A stretch of DNA of 64,000 bases from Octopus vulgaris (taxonomy: Eukaryota). Positions 13,669-26,849 of the stretch are shown here, piece by piece. Under the pieces are notes generated by a model. That model was not told the DNA's origin. It made no database searches and saw only the letters and a program-made list of their open reading frames with translations. Position numbers and translations under genes: made by a program. Location of the stretch: assembly GCA_951406725.2 (NCBI GenBank), contig OX597820.1, positions 27,280,001-27,344,000 of the forward strand. Direction: 5' to 3'. The first letter of the stretch is position 1. Each line of letters opens with the position of its first letter.

Positions 13669-14206
13669 CTAGCAGTACAGCCCGGCGTTGCTCGGGTGTG
13701 TTTTTTAGTTGCGCTTAAAACAGCAGACTTTGATGTCGCGATAACAAAGTTTTGACATAGTTTCAATCTGAATGTGCTGCAAATGTGTAATGCCGACTTC
13801 AATTGTTGGTATTATTGATTAATATTCCTTCTATTAACATTATGGAAAAAAAAAATTACCCGTAGATTTAAAGCAAAATGAAGCTCAAGTTTCGAACTGC
13901 ACTGAAAATCTATTGAGAAGTTAACACTGCGAGTGTATTCATTAAGAAAAATTACACAGTAGTCAAAAAATCGTAAAAAATAGGTATTTTCATAGAGAAA
14001 AAGCACCTTTTGATGTAAATAATTTTTATCTTAACATGGTCCGATTTAAATTCTTTCTTTTACAGAAGGAAGAACAAGCTTTCTTCTATCGTACTCTCAA
14101 TTTTGGTCAACTTGCCCTGCAGGGTCTCGGAGGAGATAGTGTTAGTTGAAGGCTACCAAACCTGCCACACACACACACACAACTTCAGCTTTATAGATAT
14201 ATAAGA
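13669..14206 (-). mobile_element. Non-autonomous Helitron
   Basis: The minus strand starts TC (A|TCTTATATATCTATAAAG, then a GT microsatellite) and ends with the hairpin CCCGAGCAACGCCGGG followed by CTAG|T. Inserted between A and T. Confidence 0.75.
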
Positions 14207-14796
14207 TTTACCGCATCTAATAGAAATAGAACTTCAAGGATAAACTTGAACTCCAGTAACAGCATTTATTTATGTCATATGTGCACACTTCTACAAAAAT
14301 GCAAAAGGAATTATTATAAACACAAAATTAATAGAAACAATTTTCCCATTTTATGATTATGTTACTTTCGGAGTATTTTCCCATTATGCACCGTTTTGGC
14401 TATTTATGAAGGTACCAAGAAAACCGAGTATCTCGAGAATCCGTGATCTGATTTGCGCGAAACTTGTTTTATTCCGTTTGTATTCACATTTCAGGGGTGA
14501 CTTACTTTCAGAGTATTTTCCCATTATGCGCTGGCTTGGCTTTATTAAATTACAGACAATCACGCACGCAAGCAAGCAAACAATCGCAGAGTTTTAGTAG
14601 TATATAGATTGTAGGATAGGTGTGAAAGGCTTGTTCTGTCTGGGTTCGACATAAAACTGGCTGAATATTTGGTCAGGATTTCTTCGATCTGAATGTTAAG
14701 TTGCTAAATAATGTATGACTTGCTTTAATATGACAAAATACAACTACTGCTACTACAACAAATACTACTGATGATGATGATGAAGATGATGATGAA

Positions 14797-14833
<37 letters not shown>

Positions 14834-15830
14834 TAGATGAAGATGATGATGATGATGATGATTGGGATGAGGATGAGGTTGAAGATGAAAATTTCGTCTC
14901 ATAATTGTAACAATTAGAAAAAGATTTTATAAACACTAACATGATTTCTTTTAGGAGTACAGTTCAATAAAACCCCTGCTTTCTATTCCTTTTTTGTTTG
15001 TTTTTAGCACATTTGTGCAAAATATAAGATGTGACTGAACTCGAATCCAGTTACTCTGGGCTGGGGGAGAAACAAATATATTTTCCACGTAGCTGATCTA
15101 AATTTATACGCTTCAAATACTAAGCAACTATCTACACGCTGCCGTACATTCCGCTGTGATTTTATGAGATTTATGCGAGAAAATTTCCTAAGGCAATCCT
15201 GATGAGAAGAAAATTAATTGAATATACGAATGTTATGTTAGATAAATTAGCTGAAGAGAATTAGACGAAACAAAGACCTACAAATACTAAGGAAATAATG
15301 GCCTAAATAATGGACAACACACGCTGATGAAAGACAAATCTAGAAGGAATATTATGGACGTATTAGATTAATACTTAAACTTGAGATTTATGTAAAAATA
15401 GATATTAGGTATCAATACTCTTACTGTTACAATAACTGACTGTAATATTCTCAGACGGACATGTGATGGCAAGTCGAGACATTAATACTATCGGAGAAAT
15501 AAGTTATGATATTCACTACAAGAAGTTAAATAGCATTTCGGTAGAGAACATATGTAAAGACAATAATTCTTATGTATAGAAACTGAAAGATTATTTTTAC
15601 TGCTAACGTAAAAGGCAGACATTCAGCTACTCCTAAAAAAGTTTTATAAAAGAACCTGCCGTAGAAGTACTAAAATATTTAAAGAAAAAAATGGAAAATA
15701 ATACAAAACCATATTCTGTCTTCAAGTAAGACAAAGAACACGAAATAGAAGCTAAACTAGCAGGCAAGTATGATGGGAAAAGAGAAACAATCACAAAAGT
15801 CTTAACAAGAGGCGCTGGAGTGGCTGTGTG

Positions 15831-16180
15831 GTAAATTGCTTGCTTACCAACCACATGGTTCCGGGTTCAGTCCCACTGCGTGGCACATTCGGCAAGTGTC
15901 TTTTACTATAGCTTCGGGCCGACCAAAGTCTTGTGAGTGGATTTAGTAGACGGAAACTGAAAGAAGCCCGTCGTATATATGTATATATAGATATATGTAT
16001 GCGTGTGTATATCTTTGTTTTTCTGTGTTTGTTCCCCCAACATCGCTTGACAACCGATGCTGGTGTGTTTACGTCCCCGTAACTTAGCAGTTCGGCAAAA
16101 AAGATCGATAGAATAAGTACCAGGCTTACAAAGAATAAGTCCTGGGGTCGATTTGATGACGGAAACAAGTAAAAGAGTAT
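15831..16180 (+). mobile_element. Family-B CORE-like SINE with internal (TA)n(TG)n
   Basis: GGCGC.GGAGTGGCTGTGTGGTAA...GGGTTCAGTCCC...GGCAAGTGTC...GAAGCCCGTCG, then microsatellite, then a tail ending GAAACAAGTAAAAGAG. Confidence 0.9.
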
Positions 16181-16881
16181 AATTTAGAACGAAACTACTG
16201 GGCGGCCGGAAGTTTGCAATACTGACGGAGATGCACAAGACCCAATTGGACAGGAACATAAAAAATCAGTGCAGCAGACATTGTTGTCAGTCAGAAAATC
16301 AAATACACCTCAAACAAAATAACACTCGTAACTACAGTAATATTGCAAATTCCTGGAATATAAGTTTGTAATCTCTTTGTTTCTAGAAACTGTACAATCA
16401 TGCAAAAAAACCAAACCCACCTGTCGTTATTTTGGAAGATATGTCGCTGTCTTTTCAGAGATTGCACACAATGTACACATAAGTACGCTACAATTGTAAT
16501 CCTCCTGAAAGAGGGAATTCTGTGTTGGCGTAAGCACTCAAACAAAACACTCGTGAACAAACATTGATCAATGGCTTGTGAATGAATTTAGTAGACATGT
16601 ATGTATACCTATTCATACCCCACCGTCCCCATGCACACACACATATATTTATATATATGAATGTATGTGTATAGATATACGTATATGTACACATGTATGT
16701 ATGTATGTATGTATGTATGTATGTATGTATGTATGTATGTATGTATGTATCTATCTATCTATCCGTCTATCAATCTATCTATCAATCTATCTATCTATGT
16801 GTGTCTGTCACTGCTTGATAATTGAAGCTGGTTTCTTTGCACTTTTGTAATTTTTCTATATGTGCGTGTGAATGTATATGT

Positions 16882-16980
16882 ACACACACACGTGTACACA
16901 CACGTGCACACACGCGTGCACACACACGTGCACACACATGTGCACACAAACGTGCACACACACGTGCATACACACACGTA
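16882..16980. repeat. 12-bp minisatellite (CACACACGTGCA)~8
   Basis: Read directly from the sequence. Confidence 0.8.
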
Positions 16981-17005
16981 CATACATACATACATACATA
17001 CACAC

Positions 17006-17091
<86 letters not shown>

Positions 17092-17292
17092 TTTATTTAA
17101 AAGCAGCAGAAATATAACAAAAACTGTTACTCAGAGTTTCATGTTCCCGTTCGTCCGACGAACGGGAACATGAAACTCCGAGACACAGGTTTTGTTATAT
17201 TTCTGCTGCTCTTCAATAAAGCACATTACTCTACCTCTGATTTTTGAGTACTGTTTTTTCCACCTTATTTCATATTTATGTGCTTACTCTGG
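17092..17292. mobile_element. Penelope-like short element with a ~129-bp palindrome containing two opposed minimal hammerhead motifs
   Basis: Inverted repeat 17092-17220 centred on 17156. Each arm reads C(C/G)GACGA-acg-ggaa-cat-GAAA-ctcYgag-NN-acag. Confidence 0.7.
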
Positions 17293-17553
17293 TATATATA
17301 TATATACACCCACACACATACAGGCGTCGCTGTTGCGTAAGCAGCCTGCTTCCCACCACATGGTTCCAGATTCGCTCCTAATACGAGGTACCTTGGCCTA
17401 CTGATTTAACTCTAGCCTCGGAACGGCCAAAGCCTTGCGAGTGGACTTGGTTGACGGAAACTGAAATATCTTTTGTATTACAACTCACCACATGAGGATA
17501 GCCGAACTTCTCCTCCCTTTTTCTTACTCTATGCATATATATATATATATATA

Positions 17554-18459
17554 CAGCGTGTCCATAAAGTTCCTTTACAATTTTGAAATTTTATTACAAA
17601 GGCAGTTGACAAGATATCTTAACCAGATTTGTTTTATTGAAATCATTGTTTATTACAGTGTTTTTTAACTGTTATTTAATAAACCTCAATATGGGCACCA
17701 TTAGTTGCTCGAAGCACATCATGGCGGTACTCGATTTCTTGCCATGTTCGCTGTAGGATAGCCTCATCAACGGTGGCAATGGCATTACGAATCATTTGCT
17801 TCAAGTCAACAATGTTCCGTATCTTTGTTTGATACACGATATCTTTTACATAACCCCAAGGGAGTGATATCTGGCGAACGCGGTGCCCATGGAATTGGCC
17901 CATCCCTTCCAATCCATCGGTCTGGAAATGTTTGATTGAGGAACTGACAAACATACCGTCCCCAATGTGGTGGCGCACCATCTTGCTGGAAAATGATGGT
18001 TGGTTGTAAATCAATCACTTCTAGTGTCACATAATCGGTCAGAAGGTCGAGGTAAACATTTGCAGTAATTGTTGCCTCGTTCAAGAAAAAATGGACCAAT
18101 TATTCGATTGCACATGATTCCACACCACACACTAACTTTTGGACTATCCCGTTGAAATTCCCTAGTCACATGGGGGTGTTCTGATCCCCAGATTCTTACA
18201 TTATATCTGTTTAATTTCCCTGAAACATGAAAAGTCGCCTCGTCACTAAAATAAACTCGCTTGAGGAATGCTTCATCCTCATTTTATAGGGGTTCAGTGA
18301 ATCAGTTTCCTTCCATCAACATAGTATCTGGAACACAAAAAATTCATATCAATAAAAACTTTAATAAACAATTATTAAAATAACATAAATCTGGTTAAAA
18401 TATCTCATGAACTGTTTTTGTAATAATTATTTTAAATTGTAAAGAGACTTTATGGACAC

Positions 18460-18463
<4 letters not shown>
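17554..18463 (-). mobile_element. Internally deleted Tc1/mariner DD41D (rosa-like) transposon
   Basis: Long imperfect TIRs CAG(C/A)GTGTCCATAAAGT with TA flanks. The transposase reads FQQDGAPPHW...WAPRSPDITPL, with 41 residues from the second D to the deleted third D, then WGYVKDIVY...NGAHIEVY. Confidence 0.9.
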
Positions 18464-18546
<83 letters not shown>

Positions 18547-19013
18547 ATACATGTGTGCTCACACGCGTGTGTTTGTCCCTCACCGCTTGACAACCGATGT
18601 CGTAGTGTTTACGTCCCCGAAACTTTGCAGATAGAAACAGACAGATAGAATAAGTACCAGGTTTAAAACTAAAGAAGTGCTGGGTTCGATTCATTGGAAT
18701 ACAATTTCGTCAAGGTGGCACCAATCTATCCACTGAAATACGTAAAAGTTTAAAATATTTATATACAAACACATACAAAAACTAATATGTAAATGTACAC
18801 AAAGATAAACAGAAATACTGAAGTATGTTTCAAGAAAGAGACTTAAAGTAAAATTACTTGTATTATCACATAAAATATACACGAATTGCAGCATTTACAG
18901 GGATCAATGATAAACCTAGGCGTAGGAGTGGCTGTGTGGTAAGTAGCATACTTACGAACCACAAATTTCAGGCTTTGTGCGTAGGGTAGAAAACAATATA
19001 TATAAAAGATTAA

Positions 19014-20074
19014 GGCGACGAGTTGGCAGAAACTTTAGCGCGCCGGGCAAAATGCTCAGCGGAATTTCGTCCGTCTTTACGTTCTGAGGTCAAATTCTAC
19101 CGAGATCGACTTTGCCGATAAGAATAAGTACCAGTTGAGAACTAGCATTGATATACTCGATTTACCCCCGCCCCTAACTTGCTGGCTTTGTGTCAAAATT
19201 TGAAACTAGTATATATAAAAGAACTCAGTTTGTAGCATTAAAAAGTCAATTGCTAGATATATGTATTACTGACTTTATGAAAGTAGAGAGTATTATATTA
19301 TTTGCAAATTTTGGCACAAGGTCAGCAATCTCGGGTTGAGGTGGAGGTAAGTTGATTGCATCGGCACTAGTTATCAACTGGTACTTGTTTCATCGAGTCT
19401 GAAAGGATGAAATCAAAGTCGACTTCGGGGAAATTTGGACTCAGAACGTAAAAATCAGATGAATTACCGCTAAGCAATTTTCTCTGGGTGCTAACGATTA
19501 TGCAAGCTCGCCGCCTTAGTAGTGACTGTTATATTGAGAAATGGTAATACTAAACCGTTGTCAGAGCTCTAGTTATGTAATACTTAGTATTTAGAGGTAT
19601 TTAGTTTTTTATATTTGCAATTAACTAAACTGTATTCTTTTAGTTTAATAAGTTACTGTTTGCTAATGAGATTTCTAGAACCTTACTTGCATAAATGACG
19701 TTTATACTTTTCGCACTTGTTTTATTCTGAGTTGAAAATACTTCGGTTATGATATTGATGTTGATATCAAATGTTTTGATTTAGAGTCAGAGAAGTGTTT
19801 CTGCGAAGAATACCTGTTTCTTTACTACCCACAAGGGGCTAAACACAGAGAGGACAAACAAGGACAGACAAAGGGATTAAGTCAATTATATCGACCCGAG
19901 TGCGGAACTGGTACTTAATTTATCAAATTTCGCCGAGGTCGACTTTGCCTTTCATCCCCGAAAGGATGAAAGGCAAAGTCGACCTCGGCGGAATTTGAAC
20001 TCAGAACGTAACGACAGATGAAGTACGGCTACGCATTTCGCCCGGTGTGCTAACGTTTCTGCCAGCTCGCCGCC
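19014..20074. mobile_element. Three family-A SINEs (19014-19208 +, 19303-19518 -, 19817-20074 -)
   Basis: Family-A consensus. The third copy has an 18-bp TSD TTCTGCGAAGAATACCTG at 19799-19816 and 20075-20092. Confidence 0.9.
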
Positions 20075-20167
20075 TTCTGCGAAGAATACCTGATTTTGAA
20101 AATAATTCGATGACGAGAGTCCATATTTTGGAATCCCATTGTAGATAATACCATTACAACTATCTCT

Positions 20168-20364
20168 TTCTCTTTTACTCTTTTACTTGTTTCAGTCATT
20201 TGACTGCGGCCATGCTGGAGCACCGCATTTAGTCGAGCAAATCGACCCCGGGACTTATTCTTTGTAAGCCCAGTACTTATTCTATCGGTCTCTTTTGCCG
20301 AACCGCTAAGTGACGGAGACGTAAACACACCAGCATCGGTTGTCAAGCAATGCTAGGGGGACAA

Positions 20365-20395
<31 letters not shown>

Positions 20396-20565
20396 CATAT
20401 ACGACAGACTTCTTTCAGTTTCTGTCTACCAAATCCACTCACAAGGCATTGGTCGGCCCGGGGCTATAGCAGAAGACACTTGCCCAAGATGCCACGCAGT
20501 GGGACTGAACCCGGAGCCATGTGGTTGGTTAGCAATCTACTTACCACACAGCCACTCCTGCGCCT
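20168..20565 (-). mobile_element. Family-B SINE, full length
   Basis: Reverse complement of the family-B consensus with its internal microsatellite. Confidence 0.9.
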
Positions 20566-21199
20566 ATATATTACTTTTTCTTCTGAAAAACTAATCATGA
20601 AGTCACTGAATGGCAACACTACAATAGATGCTATAGTAGTAACGTTCATATCGATATCACAATTATTTAGGGATATTTCCTATAATGTGATAAAAGTTGC
20701 AGTACGAAGGGTTATCTTGCCTGATAGCGTAGATGGTAGATATTATATCTGCTATGTCACTATCATTGCTATTCACAAAGGGATTACCGTTAATGTTATT
20801 GCTACGAGTGTGTCCAACATATGCATAATTAATCAATACGGACACCCATACATCTCTAGCATCTTATCAGGAAAGTTCTAAAATCACTATTAGGGCTGAC
20901 ATTAGCCTTATTATTAATAATAATATTCGATCACGGATTATAATTAGTTTTATCAAGATAATCATTAATGTCTCTGTAAGTTTTATGATAATTTGTGCCA
21001 ACAATGTTATCAGCCATGTTTGGAATAATAAAGGTAGAAAGTTTCACTATACAAGTATTGAATATTTGGTGATGTTTTTGTTGTGGAGGGATTCTTTTTT
21101 TTATTATGCATAAGAAGCTTTTGTTACGCTGATTTTAATTTGTGAGGAGTATTGAGGATTATATCAGGTTATGTTCCTCTTCCTAGATTTAGATTATTA

Positions 21200-21552
21200 A
21201 CGATCAAAACGCCCCCCGTCCAATGGACGGTGCTGAGTTGTCAAACATTTAAACCAAATTTTCTCAAAACAACTTGTCCGACGTCCCATAGTGTTGAGAA
21301 ACACTGATTTAACCTAAATTTGAGACACCAGCAAAAGACGGATTTCGACTGATGCACTTGCATGTACAAATGCATGTTACCACGGCTTTATCGATCGCAT
21401 TCTCACCTGGAATTGATTTTTGTAATTTTTCAAGATTTATACACGCCCTGATACCGCCGGTATCTACATATCAAATTTGAGCGCAATCAGATGGAGGATG
21501 CCCGAGATCCTAGAAGACACACACACAGACTGAACGGATTTTATATAATAGA
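21200..21552 (-). mobile_element. Helitron-like non-autonomous 5' fragment
   Basis: The minus strand starts A|TCTATTATATAAAATCC followed by a GT microsatellite, like 13669-14206. The left boundary is approximate. Confidence 0.5.
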
Positions 21553-22579
21553 TAAAAAGTTACTATCTTACTATTATTAAATGTTCGAAAAGATTTTGCT
21601 TTTCTACTTACAATATAAATGTACTTTATGATATGAATGTACTTGAATAGATTCATATTTGCTGAAAGTTTTAGAAGCTGTCTTTCTTTTACGATTTAGA
21701 TAACTTAGGATCGTATTTCTTTTGACGATGCCAATTTAGTTCCCTCTGTTACAAAAGGAATTTATCATATCAGGGAGACGAAGACCACATTATAAATATT
21801 TCTGGGTATTTTTATATTATCCATGCCATAACTTAACATATTTTAAAAATCATACTTTCGTAATTGGTATACAAAAAAGCTTTCAATCATACTTTGTGTA
21901 AAAGTCGTTTGCACGTAAACCGTTCCCAACACTGACGTTTTCCTTACACACACATTTATATGTTACACACCTTTATATGTTATACACATTTATATGTTAC
22001 ACACGTTTTCGTTACACACACACATTTACACATGCACATTTATATGTATATGGCGGACTTTTATTTTCAGTTTCACTTACAATATAGAAACATTTCTCAT
22101 GGCCACCAGCAAACATTATAATACGCATTTTTATTAATGGATATCCTTAGGGAAATTTCCGTTTCTGATCTCACCAATATTTTCTATAGATATTAGGTCA
22201 TTTGTATCAGTTTTACTAGCCCACCCCATCCCCACTACGTCTTTAAATTTCTACTAAATATATCGATGTACTAAACGCTTTAGCTAGGTTAGATAGTATG
22301 TTTGTACACCTAATACAAGTTCTATACGAATGGACTTAAAAGAGTGTCAAAAAACGGGACTAAAAAACAACGAGACCAATCCTCTCCTTTTCTTTTTACG
22401 AACCGAGTATTAAACACATTAGCTTAGCTTTGTGCGATGAAATCGATTCACCGCCAGCAAAATCGTGCACATTCACCATACACGCACACACACCTTCACG
22501 GATACAAACACATATATATATATTCAATATATACATACACACACGCACACATACATACATACATACATACATACATACA

Positions 22580-22615
<36 letters not shown>

Positions 22616-22619
22616 CATC

Positions 22620-22929
22620 ACGTGATCACCGTGACCGACCGGGCTATCAGATCTTGCTTCTCATCGCTGGTCACAATGCGCTTTGCATTGTTTTAGCCGT
22701 CAAGTGACGCCACCCCACTGGCTAAGCAAGCAGGCCAACAGAAGAAAGAGTGAGAGAAAGTTGTGGCAAAAGAGTACAGCAAGGATCGCCACCACCCCTT
22801 GCCGGAGTCTCGTGGAGCTTTAGGTATTTTCGCACAGTAAACACTCACAACGTCTGGTCTGGGAATCGACACAACCATCCTGCGACTGTGAGTCCGCTGC
22901 CCTAACCACTGCACCATTGCGCCTCCACA
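22620..22929 (-). mobile_element. Family-C SINE inserted in (CATA)n
   Basis: Head GTGGAGGCGCAATGG; tail shared with 39047-39342. Confidence 0.85.
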
Positions 22930-22947
22930 TATACATACATACATACA

Positions 22948-23250
22948 TTATTATGGTTGCCCCCTCGTTATCGAGTATGGCCATTGCACGAAGCTTAACT
23001 GTTACTGGTGCTGTGATCGAATGTGACTTTTTAGCCCAGCTAAAGATCTACAATGTCTTGTACAGAATTGGCAACTAAAACCTTTACCGGCAATAGCCGG
23101 CTGTAGTTGTAACTGGGCTTCATGAACCTTCGCATGTCGTTTAAGCCCTCCTGCCGAATTACACTCTCTTCCACATGCCCGACAGATATGATTAGTATGG
23201 TGTGTAACACCACCACCAGTGGCCAGGTTGTCACACATCTGTCTTGCTTT
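22948..23250 (-). mobile_element. RTE-like LINE 3' end with two C2H2 zinc fingers
   Basis: HICRACGRECNSAGGLKRHAKVH and FSCQFCTRHCRSLAGLKSHIRSQH, then a stop, a short 3' UTR and (TATG)n. Confidence 0.75.
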
Positions 23251-23315
23251 GTATGTACATACATACATACATGCATACATACATACATACATACATACAT
23301 ACATACATACATACA

Positions 23316-23385
<70 letters not shown>

Positions 23386-23462
23386 CTTTCAGTATGTGAC
23401 CTCGTCTGTACCACTAGCGATTTTTTCCCGTCTTCCCTTCTCGGGATCTTTCCTTCTCCTAT

Positions 23463-23497
23463 GTTTCCGACGAAGAGCTCCGCTCGAAACGTCAAGC
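23463..23497 (+). ncRNA. Minimal type I hammerhead (U4C) in a short Penelope-like element (~23385-23601)
   Basis: gttt-CCGACGA-a-gagc-tcc-gctc-GAAA-cg-TC-aagc. Confidence 0.65.
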
Positions 23498-23677
23498 CCT
23501 CCTTCTTCCCTTCTTTCCTGAGCGTCCAATAATACTTTATTTGTTCCACGTCCTTGCGTTGTTGTGTTTTTTTGTTTTTGTTTTCTTGTTTGGATTAACT
23601 TTATATATATACATACATACATACATACATACATACATACATACATACATACATACATACATACATACATACATACA

Positions 23678-23709
<32 letters not shown>

Positions 23710-24559
23710 AATGTACATATATAACTATCAATCCCGAAGAGACGAAAGTCAAAGTTGTTAAGTTGCAAAATTGGCCGCGACGCGTTCGAAACGCTGTAAT
23801 TAAATAACGAGAGAGAATAACTACCACAAGACATTTTGACCGATGCTTCAACGAACGATAACTTACCAACTTGGTAAGGAATGACTCACAAACCAATATT
23901 CAAAAGTACAAGAAATACATAAATAAGTAAAAGAAAACAAGAAATAAATACATGAAAAGACGCCATAAAAACAAAACTTAGATTTTGATAACGTACCAAA
24001 ACAAAGCAAAATTAATTGCCTTTCTTGAAAGCAATAAATTCGAAAATACCACGAAGTTTAGATTCGCTCTGGTGATTTGTAAGGTGTAACTAAATAATAA
24101 CAAGCAGCGCTTTTCTTTCGATATGATCTCTGCGCGTTTTATGTTTGGTTATTAATTAGGATATTTCGTGGAACTTAGAGTCGCGAGATAAAAATTCATT
24201 TCCAATAAGATACGTGTCCGTGTGTGTGTCCATGTGTGTTTGTGTGTGTGTGTGTGCGTGTGTGTGTGTGTGTGTGTGTCTGGCTGCGTATGTGTGTGTG
24301 TATATGTATATATGTAAGCATGTGTGTATATTATATACACATACATATATATGCGTACGTATATACATGTATGCACACACGCACGTGCCCATAGACATAT
24401 ATTGTGTGTGTGCGTGTGTATATATATATATATATTTATGCAAATGGATGTACGTGTATATATACGTGCGTATCTATGTCAAACATATATGTATATGTAT
24501 ATACATATAAATATATATGCATACATATCTATATACACATATGTTTATACATATATATT

Positions 24560-24642
<83 letters not shown>

Positions 24643-24743
24643 GTAAGTAACTATACATACAAATATAAACATAAATAAATGTGTATATATAGGTATATGC
24701 AGACACTGACATACATACACACACACACACACATACACACACA

Positions 24744-24780
<37 letters not shown>

Positions 24781-25199
24781 AGATATACATACGCACACAA
24801 ACACGTCTATATATATCCTATACATTTTCGATATTATCGCTACTTAAAATGTGTTGTATCTTAAAACTGTCTTATAAGTTTTCTGTTCTATATTTAGTTA
24901 CGATCTTGATATTTTCGTCTCCTGTCAATTTATTTTGTTTTGTTATCAACGAAACGGTGACGACATTGTCTCCGATTGAACGTAGATACTTAGATTTTTT
25001 TTTCACTATTTTAGTATTTATTTATTTTTTTGACAATTATGACTTTTATTGCGTTGTTTGCTCTCCATACTACCTATAGAACACGTTATAGTTTAGATAG
25101 GACTGTTATTGTTTTGATAAGTTTGTCAGAGAGGAGGAAGCATCATTTTTGACTTTTAAGAGGCTACCCAAAATCATTTACGCCTATCACTCGTTATAC

Positions 25200-25430
25200 A
25201 TTCGTTATAGCGCATAGGTCATCAACGACGTTTCTCTACTGTTCTCGATTCTGAGCGGTCTTTTCTATACTCCATTTGCATCCCTGCCTTTCCAGGTCTG
25301 CCTCGGTATGCCGCCTTTTCTTAGAGAAGGTTTTCTTCTCACACGCTTTGTTGATCTGAAATTGTTATTAATCGTTGCTTTGGTAACTGCCTTTAAACCA
25401 CGTAAGTTTGTCGACTTTATGTAAACCCAT
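25200..25430 (-). pseudogene. Decayed RTE 3' end
   Basis: Reverse complement translates ADLERQGCKWSIEKTAQNREQ*RNVVDDLCA, matching the A.dR..W...LC motif. Confidence 0.55.
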
Positions 25431-25439
25431 TTTTACCTA

Positions 25440-25740
25440 TGTGGAGGCACATGGTCTAGTGGTTACAGAAGTGGACTCACGGTCGAGGGATCGCGTGTTC
25501 GAATCTCAGACCGAACGATGTGTGCGCTTATGAGCAAAACATTTAAGCTCCACACAGCTCCGGCAGAAGGTATTGGCAAACTTCTGCTGAATCTTTCACC
25601 ACAACTTTCTCTCACGTTTTCCTCCTGCATCTTGCAGCTCACCTGCGACGGTCCGGCGTCCCGTCCAGGTGGGGAACCTACACGCCAAGGAAACCGGGAA
25701 ACCGGCCCTATGAGCCAGGCGTGGCTCGAGAAGGAACAAC
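25440..25740 (+). mobile_element. Family-C variant SINE
   Basis: GTGGAGGCACATGGTCTAGTGG...GTTCGAATC; homologous to 45476-45757. Confidence 0.85.
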
Positions 25741-26379
25741 ATTTTTACCTATAGCAAGATAGGTCCTACCAGAAGCTTTTGCTGTTGGTATAGCTCTTAG
25801 AGTCATTAAAGCATGCATGTCATCACACTACATCAAGGCCTTAACTACAAATATCCGTGAGTGGTGGGAGAAAAAGAGGAATTTATATTCAAACAGAAAG
25901 TTGTAGTTCGTATTCTTCCATCAGAATGATATCACCGAGGGACCAGTAAACTTGTCAATATACTAAGTACTGTGTCCCTTGTTTAATGTATTACCTGTTG
26001 AAATACATACACTATTCTCTGTCCTTGTCAGGTTTCCATAATTTTTGCGTTTGTAAAAGTGTCCTTATACTGCATTTGACAAACCGAACTGTGAGGTAGT
26101 AAAATCAAACAACGTAACCATACAGCCGTGTCTGTTTAGGCGTCTGAGTATGACATGAATGGACAATAAAATGTCTCATACAGACACTCAATAAATATGT
26201 TCGCCGTTGACAAGAAGTCATTTAATCACTTTACAAACAATATATTAATTCATCTGATCTACTTGGCCTCAATAGTATAGACAACGATAATCAATGTCGT
26301 ATGAATTGTAAGACAATTATTGCAACAAATAACTCTTTTCATTCAGTTATGTATATGTATGATACAGGCGATAACTGAC

Positions 26380-26805
26380 ATCCTCGCCCGGCACCCTGAT
26401 AGGTAGAAAGGCAAGCAACACTCACGCAGTACTTGTGCAAAGCCTTCATTGTCAGCGCCTGGACACCATCGTCGCGAAAGGTTCTGACGTTCCAGCAGGC
26501 TACCTTCAGTTCTATCCTACGTTTAAAGAGCGGGACTACTCCAGGAGTAGTTTGAAGAGCCATAGCAGTTTGAGGGTTGTTGATTGGTTGCAAGTTTGTA
26601 GCAGGTAGATAACTTGTATTCGTATTCGTATTTATTGCCAAGGTGGTAGTAGGATTCATAGAAGAAGGAACAGAACGACCTCGAAGCCGCCGGTTGCCGA
26701 TCAGACGCCTCTTGGAATTTTCACCAGAGTCCCATTGGCCAGGCTGCGGCCCTAATACCACTTGGACCAGAGAAGAAGCCGGCTCGACCCGCCCTGGGTG
26801 AACGT
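26380..26805 (-). mobile_element. RTE LINE 5' fragment (UTR plus endonuclease N-terminus)
   Basis: ELKVACWNVRTFRDDG...YCVSVACLS is APE motif I (WNVRT) plus the xxxLxE region. Confidence 0.8.
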
Positions 26806-26849
26806 CATCACAAGTACGTATATGTATATTTGTGAGTGTGTACTTGTTT

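Noticed and set aside
23730-23802. CCGAAGA...GAAA-cgctg-TA possible hammerhead
   Set aside because: Stems I and II need bulges next to the core; too weak without a family consensus.
26728-26800. HDV-like ribozyme at the RTE 5' end (GGCCAATGGGAC resembles the HDV 3' end)
   Set aside because: I could not assign P1, P2 or P1.1 pairings by eye; a descriptor search on the family consensus is needed.
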